A stretch of 64,000 bases of DNA from Macrostomum lignano (taxonomy: Eukaryota): NCBI GenBank assembly GCA_002269645.1, contig NIVC01000247.1, positions 186,001 through 250,000 of the forward strand, given 5' to 3'. The notes beneath the pieces were generated by a model that was not told the origin of the DNA, searched no databases, and saw only the letters and a list, made by a program, of their open reading frames with translations. A program made the position numbers and the translations under genes. Numbering within the stretch: position 1 is the stretch's first letter; each line of letters opens with the position of its first letter. Shown here piece after piece: positions 1-16,600 of this stretch.

Positions 1-198
1 ACCGAAGTAGTACTAAGTAGATGATGAGGCATTTTTCTTTAATAAGACAGTTATAGATAGTTACTCCTGCTGTTTACCTAGAGTTGCGTTAATTTTGCTT
101 TAGGGTTTCTTTTACATGTAAGGCGCATTTTTGGCTAAAAACTATGTCGCATTTTTGTTAAAACTAAGTCACAGTGAACCGAATTTTGGAAGTAGCAC

Positions 199-350
199 AT
201 GTATATTGTGGATCCTAACCACCCAGAAGTCCACACGAACATAGTAGAGAGCACATGGGCCCACACTAAGGCCCATTTCAGGGCCATGCATGGCACGTCT
301 AAGGCCCTATTCGACACCCACTTGGACAATTTCTCTGGCATCGCTGACAC
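199..350 (+). pseudogene. Merlin/ISXO2 (IS1595-like) DDE transposase C-terminal remnant
   Basis: Translation VHTNIVESTWAHTKAHFRAMHGTSKALFDTHL, then after a 1-nt shift QFLWHR. This resembles the IS1595/Merlin consensus (VHTQ-IE--W---K------HG-S-------YL-EF-WR, recalled from memory). There is no upstream catalytic part and it is frameshifted. Confidence 0.65.
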
Positions 351-1819
351 CCACGCAACACCTTTGGAAATATCCTTTTCTGGGTAGTGCACTTGCACTA
401 TTATGCCATCTGAGACATAAAACATAAAACAAAACTGTCGTTAACTATCATTTTAAAAACAGTTTGAATTAAACGTGCAAAACTAGAAGATTGCCTAAAC
501 TTTTTTGATAGGATTCATTCTGGCACAGGCATGCCATGATCTTGACTATAGATCTTGACAATGCCAATTTGTCTAAGTGAATTGCTTGGCAAGTTTTTTC
601 CCATTGAGGTTCGCCCACAATGTTTATTTCCTATTAAGCATTCAGTCATGTGGCAGATTTTGTCTACATTGTCATTGTCCCTAAAGCTTAGTAAGTCTAA
701 AAAGATTAAAAAAAGATTTAGTTAGAATGGCAACAATATGGCATAATATAGGCCTAGGCACTATACTAAATTCATAAATTAGGCCTAAATAGCTCACCAA
801 AGACAGTCACAATGTAGGCCTAATGACAATGTATATAGGCCTATCCCTGTTAGACCCTGTATAGGCAGGCGATAGGCCTAATTATTAGTTAATAGTTATA
901 TATATACTAATATACATTAATATAGTTAGGCCCTACTTTAAAGCTACTTAGTTGACAGGAATGTTTCTTTATTTTAAATGGCCAAATGGCCAAATGGCCA
1001 AGCATAATAACTCGTTTAGTTAGCATATTGGTTTTTTTAATAAACCTTCCATATTATTATATTAAGCTTTGAGGAATGCCATACACTTGTACTAAAAAAG
1101 TTAACGAACCTACAAGTAAAACCTAAACCTGCCTGCTACAGTTAAACCTATAGTATTCTGTTATTTTTAGGTTAGGACTTGTCTTTCGTCTTTACTAATT
1201 AGCTGGTTAGGAGTTTCGGTAGTTTTCTACATTACAGGTTTAAAGCATTTCAAAAGATGATTTTGTTTAATTTTTGGATTGTTGTTAATGGAATTGCAAG
1301 TATTGAAAAAATTAAAAAATACTCGCTAACTTTGCATAAAATAAAACAAAAAGTTTTAAAAAACGCGTTCTTTCTGTAAAAAATCGAAACAAAATTAAAA
1401 CACCTTTTATTTGAAAAACTATGCGTTAGTTTTAAGCTTTTTTAAATAGTTTATGATATACATAACGCAGACCGGTATTAATAGAAAAGGTATAGTATAG
1501 TGCTACAACTGGAGGGAGACGATGTCCATTCAACAGGCATAGCTCGATTTTAGCTCAAAAATAAAGAGAAATAAAATTAAAAACCTTCGCTGATTGCTTT
1601 CAATTTTCTAGGAGGCTCCTCTTCCCTATGAAGAATGAAAATCCACTTGGAACGGCATACATGTATCTCGATCAAAGAAGTACATACACATCGTAATAGC
1701 AATGACTGACTCGATGACTTAGTCGTCCGTTGGACATTTTTTGCAAGGACCACTGTAGCTACAGAGTTATACTTCAGTATAACAGTAATTGATATTGTTA
1801 CATGTGCTGTACAGTTTTT

Positions 1820-2750
1820 TGAGACTGCACCGCGGCGGGTGCTCGCGCACGACAATTCAAGATCTACCAAGTTCCGGGAAAGAAGATAATCGTTCCGGAC
1901 TTTATTTCGTATCACGGTTGCGGTGAGGAGGACTCGGCGGAGCTCCAAGTGTCGGGGCGCTTCATATCGTGACACCAAACTGTCCAATTCAAGACATCTC
2001 TACAGTTCAGGTCCCGGTGAATTAGCCATGGCGATCGAGATAACCCTGCAAAGTGGGCCGAGTTCCATCAAGCTTGCAGATTATGTCGGAGAGCTGCAGC
2101 CGTTCTGACGGATCAGTGAACAGCTCGCAGTCTGGAATGATGGCAAGTGCCTGGTGAATCGGTTGCGCGCGGTGATTCCCGCTAATTTGCTACTTTGGAT
2201 AGACTGACGAAGGACTCAGGTCTGGTGGCCCGATCGACTACCAAATCAAAGATCGACAGCCAAATCAAAGATCGACAGCCAAATCAAATATCGACAGCCT
2301 AATGAAAGAAATCGTGCGGCACTACGAGGCCTGCCAGCTGCTCTCAGCTAGAAAAACTTCAAGCCATACAAGACGATGCTGACACCGACGAAGTGGCCGA
2401 CGCGACCTTGGGAGGAGCTTCAATTCAACATCTTGAAGGAACTCAAGTCCGCTTCATTCTGGTGCTGTGCGACCTGCATTCGAAGTGACCAGAAAAGAAT
2501 CTGCATGTCCGCAGAGTGACCATAGCTGAAGTCTTGATCGACGGGGTGTCACCGACGGAGCTGATGATGGGCCAGAAAATGAGCACCCCGCTGACGGCAC
2601 ACTGCAGCCAAAGACGCCAGACAGGATGAGCAGCGAGTCTTCAATAAGCTCAACTCTGCCAGGAGGAGGTCACTGCCGACGTTCAAGGTCAGCGACTTGG
2701 TGCGCGCGGTAAGGCGCGTCGTTTGCGCGTGCCAAGCTGTGCAGCCGGCT
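1820..2750 (+). pseudogene. Degenerate Ty3/Gypsy (K02A2.6-like) pol fragment: end of RNase H plus integrase
   Basis: Broken-frame peptides QFKIYQVPGKKIIVPDFIS (RNase H end), QLAVWNDGKCLVNRLRAVIPANL, WWP, IVRHYEACQ, KWPTRPWEELQFNI, FILVLCDLHSK*PE and SPTELMMGQKMSTPL follow the order of Gypsy integrase motifs. There are many stops and frameshifts, and no LTR pair was found. Confidence 0.75.
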
Positions 2751-3169
2751 GAGATCTCAAGAATCGCTAGATCGCACCACCGCCGTGATCCTCAGTGACA
2801 GTGACGGCTCTCGGTGGCGAAGACCTGCTGCCGCACCGACGGCGATTCGAGTGAGTGCGAGGAGTCGGGCTCCACCGCAGTGGTATGGGAACGTGCAGAC
2901 TCATTGATTGCAATGACTGCACAAAGGACTCTCGAATTAAGTTTTTTGTTGCATGTTTGCATGCGTGACGTTTACGAGTTGTACATAAAGCTGTACTGTA
3001 CATGTACAACTGTTTGCCAATGTTGTGTGTTCTAAATCAGTCAATGTGATCGACTTTCTCAAGCTGCACATCTAAGGAAAAAACAAAAATTGAACAACGA
3101 AATCGTTTTAGCCAATGAAATATACTACACGCCGACTGAGTGCGGCAAGGACCTGTATAGACACCTGCA

Positions 3170-3723
3170 CAGGGGCGTAGCCAGGAATTTTGATTGGGGG
3201 GGGGCCGTGAGTTAGGGGGCGCCAGTTTCTTTTAGGGGGGGGGCGCCAGTTTCTTATAGGGGGGGCGCCAGTTTCTTATAGGGCGCCAGTTTCTTATAGG
3301 GGGGGGCGCCAGTTTCTTATAGGGGGGGGGGGCGCCAGTTTCTTATAGGGGGGCGCCAGTTTCTTTTAGGGGGGGCGCCAGTTTCTTATAGGGGGGCGCC
3401 AGTTTCTTTTAGGGGGGGGCAGTTTCTTTTAGGGGGGGGCGCCAGTTTCTTATAGGGGGGGGGCGCCAGTTTCTTATAGGGGGGGGGGGCGCCAGTTTCT
3501 TTTAGGGGGGGCGCCAGTTTCTTATAGGGGGGTGGGCGCCAGTTTCTTTTGGGGGGCGCCAGTTTCTTATAGGGGGGGGGCGCCAGTTTCTTTTAGGGGG
3601 GGGGGCGCCAGTTTCTTATAGGGGGGGGGGGTGCCATGCAGTTTCTTTTAGGGGGGGCGCCAAGGCCAGAGTTGGTGATTGGGGGGGCCACGGCCCCCTT
3701 GCCCCCCTCTGGCTCCGCCCCTG
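3170..3723. mobile_element. Non-autonomous hAT-like TIR element (MITE) with internal G-rich minisatellite
   Basis: 15-bp TIR caggggcgtagccag (3170-3184) / ctggctccgcccctg (3709-3723) with 1 mismatch. Exact 8-bp TSD cacctgca at 3162-3169 and 3724-3731. The interior is a tandem array of (g)n-cgccagtttctt(a/t)tag units. Confidence 0.85.
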
Positions 3724-4189
3724 CACCTGCAGTGCAAAGCTCAGCCACATCCATTAATTTCTCAGTAGTCTATCATATGGTCCAAACTATGATGGGCTTT
3801 GGAGCAACTAAATTTAATAATCCCGAGCAGCCATTTAGTCATTTCCAGTGTCACACTGCATGGTGTCGCTTTGGCTGCAAAAGAGGAAAGAGAAGCTGAA
3901 GAAGAAGATCGAGGGATCAGGAAGCTAGCCAGCTTTTGGAGGAAGATGGGAGAGCTATAGTTACCTCAGATGAAGCACTAGAAGAACAAGATCACGCAGC
4001 ACAGTGGGCTCCTAACTGTATGACAAGATAGGCAACGAAATGTACATGTAAGAGCTGGATGTGAGTGCAATTTGAAGAGGTGATAGCTGGCGCTGTCCAC
4101 ACTTCACGATGGCTGAAGCTGGGAAGCTGCAAACTGTGTATTCCATCCAGCGGCGCTATAACAAATTGACAGGAGAATTATGAGTCACG

Positions 4190-7100
4190 GAAAGCGCCAA
4201 CATGAGTGCCTGCCTGCGGCGCCAAAATGAGTGCCTGCCTGGTGTGCCAACATGAGTGCCTACCTGCGGCGCCAAAATGAGTGCCTACCTGCGGCGCCAA
4301 AATGAGTGCCTGCTTGGTGTGCCAACATGAGTGCCTGCCTGCGGCGCCAAAATGAGTGCCTGCCTGCGGCGCCAACATGAGTGCCTGCCTGCGGCGCCAA
4401 AATGAGTACCTGCCTGGTGTGCCAACATGAGTGCCTACCTGCGGCGCCAAAATGAGTGCCTGCCTGCGGCGCCAACATGAGTGCCTGCCTGCGGCGCCAA
4501 AGTGAGTGCCTGCCTGCGGCGCCAAAGTGAGTGCCTGCCTGTGGCGCCAACATGAGTGCCTGCCTGCGGCGCCAACATGAGTGCCTGCCTGCGGCGCCAA
4601 AATGAGTGCCTGCCTGCGGCGCCAACATGAGTGCCTGCCTGCGGCGCCAAAATGAGTGCCTGCCTGCGGCGCCAAAGTGAGTGCCTGCCTGCGGCGCCAA
4701 AGTGAGTGTCTGCGGCGCCAAAATGAGTGCCTGCCTGCGGCGCCAACATGAGTGCCTGCCTGCGGCGCCAACATGAGTGCCTGCCTGCGGCGCCAAAATG
4801 AGTGCCTGCCTGGTGTGCCAACATGAGTGCCTGCCTGCGGCGCCAACATGAGTGCCTGCCTGCGGCGCCAAAATGAGTGCCTGCCTGGTGTGCCAACATG
4901 AGTGCCTGCCTGCGGCGCCAACATGAGTGCCTGCCTGCGGCGCCAACATGAGTGCCTGCCTGCGGCGCCAAAGTGAGTGCCTGCCTGCGGCGCCAAAATG
5001 AGTGCCTGCCTGCGGCGCCAAAGTGAGTGCCTGCCTGCGGCGAAAAAATTAGTGTCTCTGACGCCAAAATGAGTGCCTGAGGCGCCAAAGTAAGTGCCTG
5101 CCTGCGGCGCCAAAATGAGTGCCTGCCTGCGGCGCCAAAGTGAGTGCCTGCCTGCGGCGCCAAAGTGAGTGTCTGCGGCGCCAAAATGAGTGCCTGCCTG
5201 CGGCGCCAAAGTGAGTGCCTGCCTGCGGCGCCAAAGTGAGTGCCTGCCTGCGGCGCCAACATGAGTGCCTGCCTGCGGCGCCAACATGAGTGCCTGCCTG
5301 CGGCGCTAAAATGAGTGCCTGCCTGCGGCGCCAACATGAGTGCCTGCCTGCGGCGCCAAAATGAGTGCCTGCCTGTGTGCCAACATGAGTGCCTGCCTGC
5401 GGCGCCAACATGAGTGCCTGCCTGCGGCGCCAACATGAGTGCCTGCCTGCGGCGCCAACATGAGTGCCTGCCTGCGGCGCCAACATGAGTGCCTGCCTGC
5501 GGCGCCAACATGAGTGCCTGCCTGCGGCGCCAAAGTGAGTGCCTGCCTGCGGCGCCAAAATGAGTGCCTGCCTGCGGCGCCAAAGTGAGTGCCTGCCTGC
5601 GGCGAAAAAATTAGTGTCTCTGACGCCAAAATGAGTTCCTGAGGCGCCAAAGTAAGTGCCTGCCTGCGGCGCCAAAATGAGTGCCTGCCTGCGGCGCCAA
5701 AGTGAGTGCCTGCCTGCGGCGCCAAAGTGAGTGTCTGCGGCGCCAAAATGAGTGCCTGCCTGCGGCGCCAAAGTGAGTGCCTGCCTGCGGCGCCAAAGTG
5801 AGTGTCTGCGGCGCCAAAATGAGTGCCTGCCTGCGGCGCCAAAGTGAGTGCCTGCCTGCGGCGCCAAAGTGAGTGCCTGCCTGCGGCGCCAACATGAGTG
5901 CCTGCCTGCGGCGCCAACATGAGTGCCTGCCTGCGGCGCCAACATGAGTGCCTGCCTGCGGCGCCAAAGTGAGTGCCTGCCTGCGGCGCCAACATGAGTG
6001 CCTGCCTGCGGCGCCAAAATGAGTGCCTGCCTGGTGTGCCAACATGAGTGCCTGCCTGCGGCGCCAACATGAGTGCCTGCCTGCGGCGCCAACATGAGTG
6101 CCTGCCTGCGGCGCCAACATGAGTGCCTGCCTGCGGCGCCAACATGAGTGCCTGCCTGCGGCGCCAAAATGAGTGCCTGCCTGGTGTGCCAACATGAGTG
6201 CCTGCCTGCGGCGCCAACATGAGTGCCTGCCTGCGGCGCCAAAATGAGTGCCTGCCTGCGGCGCCAAAGTGAGTGCCTGCCTGCGGCGCCAAAGTGAGTG
6301 TCTGCGGCGCCAAAGTGAGTGCCTGCCTGCGGCGCCAAAGTGAGTGCCTGCCTGCGGCGCCAAAGTGAGTGCCTGCCTGCGGCGCCAAAGTGAGTGCCTG
6401 CCTGTGGCGCCAACATGAGTGCCTGCCTGCGGCGCCAACATGAGTGCCTGCCTGCGGCGCCAAAATGAGTGCCTGCCTGCGGCGCCAACATGAGTGCCTG
6501 CCTGCGGCGCCAAAATGAGTGCCTGCCTGCGGCGCCAAAGTGAGTGCCTGCCTGCGGCGCCAAAGTGAGTGTCTGCGGCGCCAAAATGAGTGCCTGCCTG
6601 CGGCGCCAACATGAGTGCCTGCCTGCGGCGCCAACATGAGTGCCTGCCTGCGGCGCCAAAATGAGTGCCTGCCTGGTGTGCCAACATGAGTGCCTGCCTG
6701 CGGCGCCAACATGAGTGCCTGCCTGCGGCGCCAACATGAGTGCCTGCCTGCGGCGCCAACATGAGTGCCTGCCTGCGGCGCCAACATGAGTGCCTGCCTG
6801 CGGCGCCAACATGAGTGCCTGCCTGGTGTGCCAACATGAGTGCCTGCCTGCGGCGCCAACATGAGTGCCTGCCTGCGGCGCCAAAATGAGTGCCTGCCTG
6901 CGGCGCCAAAGTGAGTGCCTGCCTGCGGCGCCAAAGTGAGTGTCTGCGGCGCCAAAGTGAGTGCCTGCCTGCGGCGCCAAAGTGAGTGCCTGCCTGCGGC
7001 GCCAAAGTGAGTGCCTGCCTGCGGCGCCAAAGTGAGTGTCTGCGGCGCCAAAATGAGTGCCTGCCTGCGGCGCCAACATGAGTGCCTGCCTGCGGCGCCA

Positions 7101-7689
7101 ACATGAGTGCCTGCCTGCGGCGCCAAAATGAGTGCCTGCCTGGTGTGCCAACATGAGTGCCTGCCTGCGGCGCCAACATGAGTGCCTGCCTGCGGCGCCA
7201 AAATGAGTGCCTGCCTGCGGCGCCAAAGTGAGTGCCTGCCTGCGGCGCCAAAATGAGTGCCTGCCTGCGGCGCCAAAGTGAGTGCCTGCCTGCGGCGAAA
7301 AAATTAGTGTCTCTGACGCCAAAATGAGTGCCTGAGGCGCCAAAGTAAGTGCCTGCCTGCGGCGCCAAAATGAGTGCCTGCCTGCGGCGCCAAAGTGAGT
7401 GCCTGCCTGCGGCGCCAAAGTGAGTGTCTGCGGCGCCAAAGTGAGTGCCTGCCTGCGGCGAAAAAATTAGTGTCTCTGACGCCAAAATGAGTGCCTGAGG
7501 CGCCAAAGTAAGTGCCTGCCTGCGGCGCCAAAGTGAGTGCCTGCCTGCGGCGAAAAAATTAGTGTCTCTGACGCCAAAATGAGTGCCTGAGGCGCCAAAG
7601 TAAGTGCCTGCCTGCGGCGCCAAAATGAGTGCCTGCCTGCGGCGCCAAAGTGAGTGCCTGCCTGCGGCGCCAAAGTGAGTGTCTGCGGC
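4190..7689. repeat. 25-bp minisatellite array, left arm (gcggcgccaaa[a/g/c]tgagtgcctgcct)
   Basis: Directly visible tandem units with recurring variants (18-bp gagtgtctgcggcgcc unit; aaaaattagtgtctctgacgcc block). It is the source of the artefactual minus-strand ORFs. Confidence 0.97.
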
Positions 7690-8296
7690 TGATGCATGCA
7701 ATGGCGGGTACAGCACGCCTGTGTAGCATGAGACAGACTAGGCCTACGGGCTAAGGTTTGCGATCCTACACACCTGCACCCCCTCTATTCTGGTGCAGGA
7801 ATGGCAGGAGAACTCTCTCCAAGCTGACTCGCAAGCCGACCCAGGGGTTCACGCCCCGCATGTGTTCAAGGCAGCTCCAGGGCTGCTGGACTGACTGGGC
7901 TCCGGCGGCGGCAACCCATCCGTGGCCTTTTGGCCAAGTTGGGTACGGGCTCCGCCCGGAAGTGCACCTGTGCGTATCAGGTACCTCTGGCCACGGCTCT
8001 GAGGAACAGGTACCACCCTCTGACCTTAACAGGGTATGCGGCCAGTCCGCAGGCTCCGGAGGCAGTCCTCCTGCTTCCCTCAAGGGCCCAGTGTAGTACC
8101 GTGCTGATGGTCCTTTGGTTCGGTCTCTGGTTTTTCCAAGCCGGGCTCTTAGCCGGGGAGTTTCTCGGTTGCTAGCGGTCGGGCCGGTACGGGCTTAAGC
8201 CACCCCCCGGTCGCTACCTCTTGGCCTGGTTGTTGGGTTTGGGGTTACGGCCCAGCGGCTTCTCACCTTTAGTCCCCACTCGCCTTTCAGCGACTC

Positions 8297-9765
8297 ATGG
8301 AGTATTCATTTACCTCCGACACGTCCGAGGCTGCTGGAGCACCAACCGAGGTTGGCACCGCGGCCCAGCCGGACATTCGCAACACCGGAACCCCCGGTGC
8401 CTCTCAATCTGCCGCTGCCGCCGCTCAGGATAATACCGGAGTGGCTGGACAAGACAGCGGACCTCAGATTTCGAAAAAGAAGGCCCGTAGCATTGCTCGC
8501 TACAAAGCCTTTCTCCAGCGCAAAGCGGAGGAACGGAGGAATGCGAAAGCCGCCCCTCCGGCCACCTCTGAGGAGGGTGCCGGTAACTCTGCGAACCCCG
8601 CGGAGGAGCCGACATCCGACAAGGGGGTGGACCCCGCGCGCCGGTCTGATGCGTCAGGTGCCGCCGAAGCTCCTGGTGCGGCTGGCCCCTCCCGTGACCG
8701 GACCTCTGCCCGTGTGGAAGCTCCCACGGCCGTGGAGGGATCCAAAGCGGGGGGCGCTGGCCAAACCACAAAGCCGAAGCGAACCTACGCGGCTATGGCC
8801 AAAAGGCAGCCGGCCCTGGTTATCCAAGGCCAGGAGACGCCTCTTACGGCCGAACAGCTCGACCTTATCTGGCGCAGGTTGGACTCCCACCTGGTCAAGA
8901 TGGCCTTGAGCGGCACTACCATTCGAGTCCAAAAGACGAAAGTCGAGGACCAAGCCCTCTATATCCAGCCCACCGACAGCCAGTCAGGACAGCAGCTCCT
9001 CGAGCTGCTGAAAACCTTCGACTGGGGTACGGAGCTGGAGAACCTGTTCATCTACAGGGAGGACGAGCGACCCCGGACACACCGGCACCGTGCCTGGATT
9101 CCGGCTCGCAGCTGCATCACCAAGGCCGACGAGCTGCGTCACCTGCTAGTGGCTTCCAACCCGGAGCTACCGGCCAACGGTGTCGTAGTTCACGAGACCA
9201 TCTCCAAGCCAGGCGGAGACGGTTTCACGGCTATTCTTGGACTGTCGGATAGCTGGATGCTCCGCTACCCGGACATGTCCATCATCTCTGTCGGGCTGTT
9301 GCAGATTCAGCTCTTTAGCTTTGAGTCTGACGCCACCCGCCCACCGCCCCCGGAGAAGCGTAAGCGGGCAGTCGGGGGCTCTGCCGGGCGGAAACGCCCA
9401 GGAAAAGAAGCTCCCGGTCGTCACGACCCCTCCGAGGACGTGGACCCTGTCAGAGGGAAAGCCGCGAAAGCTGCAGCAACAGGCGGACGTGGAAAGGGCC
9501 GGAAACCCGCCCGGAACACTATCCGCTCTGGTCTAACTCAGCGCGCGAAGCAGCTGCTGGACACCGCCAAGGCCCCCAACCGCAGCCACCCCCAGCCCAG
9601 TGTCACCACTGCGGCCCCCCGGAAAACCGGGCCGAGAGCGAGAATGCCGCCCAGGTAGCGACCTCGCCCTCGACCATGGAATCCATCCGGGAGGAGCCCA
9701 TGGAGCTGGAGCCTGGAGCTATCGGCGAGGCAGAAGAGGCAGCTCTCCTGCACAACTCGCCTTGA
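8297..9765 (+). CDS. Retrotransposon ORF1 (gag-like; DUF4780-like central domain by resemblance)
   Basis: 453-aa ORF at 8297-9658 with a low-complexity N-terminus and a globular core (RAWIP, LLVASNPELP, ISVGLLQIQL). Restoring one C in the C6 run at 9615-9620 extends it to ...MESIREEPMELEPGAIGEAEEAALLHNSP* (TGA 9763-9765). The domain name is assigned from memory, not from a search. Confidence 0.8.
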
Positions 9766-9806
9766 GCCGGCAGGAAGCTGCGCGGACCACTCGTGGAATT
9801 CCCGGA

Positions 9807-13509
<3,703 letters not shown>

Positions 13510-13606
13510 CTGCCCGTGGTCGCCAGGGGTTAGCGATATGGGCGGCAACGCCTCCTCGCTGTTTCCGGACGCACGGAGCCCCCTGCAGCTAAGTCAAGTC
13601 AAGTAA

Positions 13607-16600
13607 GAGTGTCTGCGGCGCCAAAATGAGTGCCTGCCTGCGGCGCCAAAGTGAGTGCCTGCCTGCGGCGCCAAAGTGAGTGTCTGCGGCGCCAAAATGA
13701 GTGCCTGCCTGCGGCGCCAAAGTGAGTGCCTGCCTGCGGCGCCAAAGTGAGTGCCTGCCTGCGGCGCCAACATGAGTGCCTGCCTGCGGCGCCAACATGA
13801 GTGCCTGCCTGCGGCGCCAACATGAGTGCCTGCCTGCGGCGCCAAAGTGAGTGCCTGCCTGCGGCGCCAAAGTGAGTGTCTGCGGCGCCAAAATGAGTGC
13901 CTGCCTGCGGCGCCAAAGTGAGTGCCTGCCTGCGGCGCCAAAGTGAGTGCCTGCCTGCGGCGCCAACATGAGTGCCTGCCTGCGGCGCCAAAGTGAGTGC
14001 CTGCCTGCGGCGCCAACATGAGTGCCTGCCTGCGGCGCCAAAATGAGTGCCTGCCTGGTGTGCCAACATGAGTGCCTGCCTGCGGCGCCAAAGTGAGTGC
14101 CTGCCTGCGGCGCCAAAGTGAGTGCCTGCCTGCGGCGCCAAAGTGAGTGCCTGCCTGTGGCGCCAACATGAGTGCCTGCCTGCGGCGCCAACATGAGTGC
14201 CTGCCTGCGGCGCCAACATGAGTGCCTGCCTGCGGCGCCAAAGAGAGTGCCTGCCTGCGGCGCCAACATGAGTGCCTGCCTGCGGCGCCAACATGAGTGC
14301 CTGCCTGCGGCGCCAAAATGAGTGCCTGCCTGCGGCGCCAACATGAGTGCCTGCCTGCGGCGCCAACATGAGTGCCTGCCTGCGGCGCCAAAGTGAGTGC
14401 CTGCCTGCGGCGCCAAAATGAGTGCCTGCCTGCGGCGCCAAAGTGAGTGCCTGCCTGCGGCGAAAAAATTAGTGTCTCTGACGCCAAAATGAGTGCCTGA
14501 GGCGCCAAAGTAAGTGCCTGCCTGCGGCGCCAAAATGAGTGCCTGCCTGCGGCGCCAAAGTGAGTGCCTGCCTGCGGCGCCAAAGTGAGTGTCTGCGGCG
14601 CCAAAATGAGTGCCTGCCTGCGGCGCCAAAGTGAGTGCCTGCCTGCGGCGCCAAAGTGAGTGCCTGCCTGCGGCGCCAACATGAGTGCCTGCCTGCGGCG
14701 CCAAAATGAGTGCCTGCCTGCGGCGCCAAAGTGAGTGCCTGCCTGCGGCGCCAAAGTGAGTGTCTGCGGCGCCAAAATGAGTGCCTGCCTGCGGCGCCAA
14801 CATGAGTGCCTGCCTGCGGCGCCAACATGAGTGCCTGCCTGCGGCGCCAAAATGAGTGCCTGCCTGGTGTGCCAACATGAGTGCCTGCCTGCGGCGCCAA
14901 CATGAGTGCCTGCCTGCGGCGCCAAAATGAGTGCCTGCCTGCGGCGCCAAAGTGAGTGCCTGCCTGCGGCGCCAAAATGAGTGCCTGCCTGCGGCGCCAA
15001 AGTGAGTGCCTGCCTGCGGCGAAAAAATTAGTGTCTCTGACGCCAAAATGAGTGCCTGAGGCGCCAAAGTAAGTGCCTGCCTGCGGCGCCAAAATGAGTG
15101 CCTGCCTGCGGCGCCAAAGTGAGTGCCTGCCTGCGGCGCCAAAATGAGTGCCTGCCTGCGGCGCCAAAGTGAGTGCCTGCCTGCGGCGAAAAAATTAGTG
15201 TCTCTGACGCCAAAATGAGTGCCTGAGGCGCCAAAGTAAGTGCCTGCCTGCGGCGCCAAAGTGAGTGCCTGCCTGCGGCGCCAAAGTGAGTGCCTGCCTG
15301 CGGCGCCAAAGTGAGTGTCTGCGGCGCCAAAATGAGTGCCTGCCTGCGGCGCCAAAGTGAGTGCCTGCCTGCGGCGCCAAAGTGAGTGTCTGCGGCGCCA
15401 AAATGAGTGCCTGCCTGCGGCGCCAAAGTGAGTGCCTGCCTGCGGCGCCAAAGTGAGTGCCTGCCTGCGGCGCCAACATGAGTGCCTGCCTGCGGCGCCA
15501 ACATGAGTGCCTGCCTGCGGCGCCAACATGAGTGCCTGCCTGCGGCGCCAAAGTGAGTGCCTGCCTGCGGCGCCAAAGTGAGTGTCTGCGGCGCCAAAAT
15601 GAGTGCCTGCCTGCGGCGCCAAAGTGAGTGCCTGCCTGCGGCGCCAAAGTGAGTGCCTGCCTGCGGCGCCAACATGAGTGCCTGCCTGCGGCGCCAACAT
15701 GAGTGCCTGCCTGCGGCGCCAACATGAGTGCCTGCCTGCGGCGCCAAAATGAGTGCCTGCCTGGTGTGCCAACATGAGTGCCTGCCTGTGGCGCCAACAT
15801 GAGTGCCTGCCTGCGGCGCCAACATGAGTGCCTGCCTGCGGCGCCAAAATGAGTGCCTGCCTGCGGCGCCAAAGTGAGTGCCTGCCTGCGGCGCCAAAGT
15901 GAGTGTCTGCGGCGCCAAAATGAGTGCCTGCCTGCGGCGCCAACATGAGTGCCTGCCTGCGGCGCCAACATGAGTGCCTGCCTGCGGCGCCAAAATGAGT
16001 GCCTGCCTGGTGTGCCAACATGAGTGCCTGCCTGCGGCGCCAACATGAGTGCCTGCCTGCGGCGCCAAAATGAGTGCCTGCCTGCGGCGCCAAAGTGAGT
16101 GCCTGCCTGCGGCGCCAAAATGAGTGCCTGCCTGCGGCGCTAAAGTGAGTGCCTGCCTGCGGCGAAAAAATTAGTGTCTCTGACGCCAAAATGAGTGCCT
16201 GAGGCGCCAAAGTAAGTGCCTGCCTGCAGCGCCAAAATGAGTGCCTGCCTGCGGCGCCAAAATGAGTGCCTGCCTGCGGCGCCAAAGTGAGTGCCTGCCT
16301 GCGGCGCCAAAATGAGTGCCTGCCTGCGGCGCCAAAGTGAGTGCCTGCCTGCGGCGAAAAAATTAGTGTCTCTGACGCCAAAATGAGTGCCTGAGGCGCC
16401 AAAGTAAGTGCCTGCCTGCGGCGCCAAAATGAGTGCCTGCCTGCGGCGCAGAAGTGAGTGCCTGCCTGCGGCGCCAAAATGAGTGCCTGCCTGCGGCGCC
16501 AAAGTGAGTGCCTGCCTGCGGCGAAAAAATTAGTGTCTCTGACGCCAAAATGAGTGCCTGAGGCGCCAAAGTAAGTGCCTGCCTGCGGCGCCAAAGTGAG

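Noticed and set aside
7690-7800. Possible HDV-like self-cleaving ribozyme at the LINE 5' end (known in some LOA/R2/RTE elements)
   Set aside because: I see nested stems (gcgggt/acctgc, tgtgtag/ctacaca) and a ggctaa, but could not build the P1-P2-P3-P1.1 double pseudoknot. It needs an RNArobo/Infernal search before any claim.
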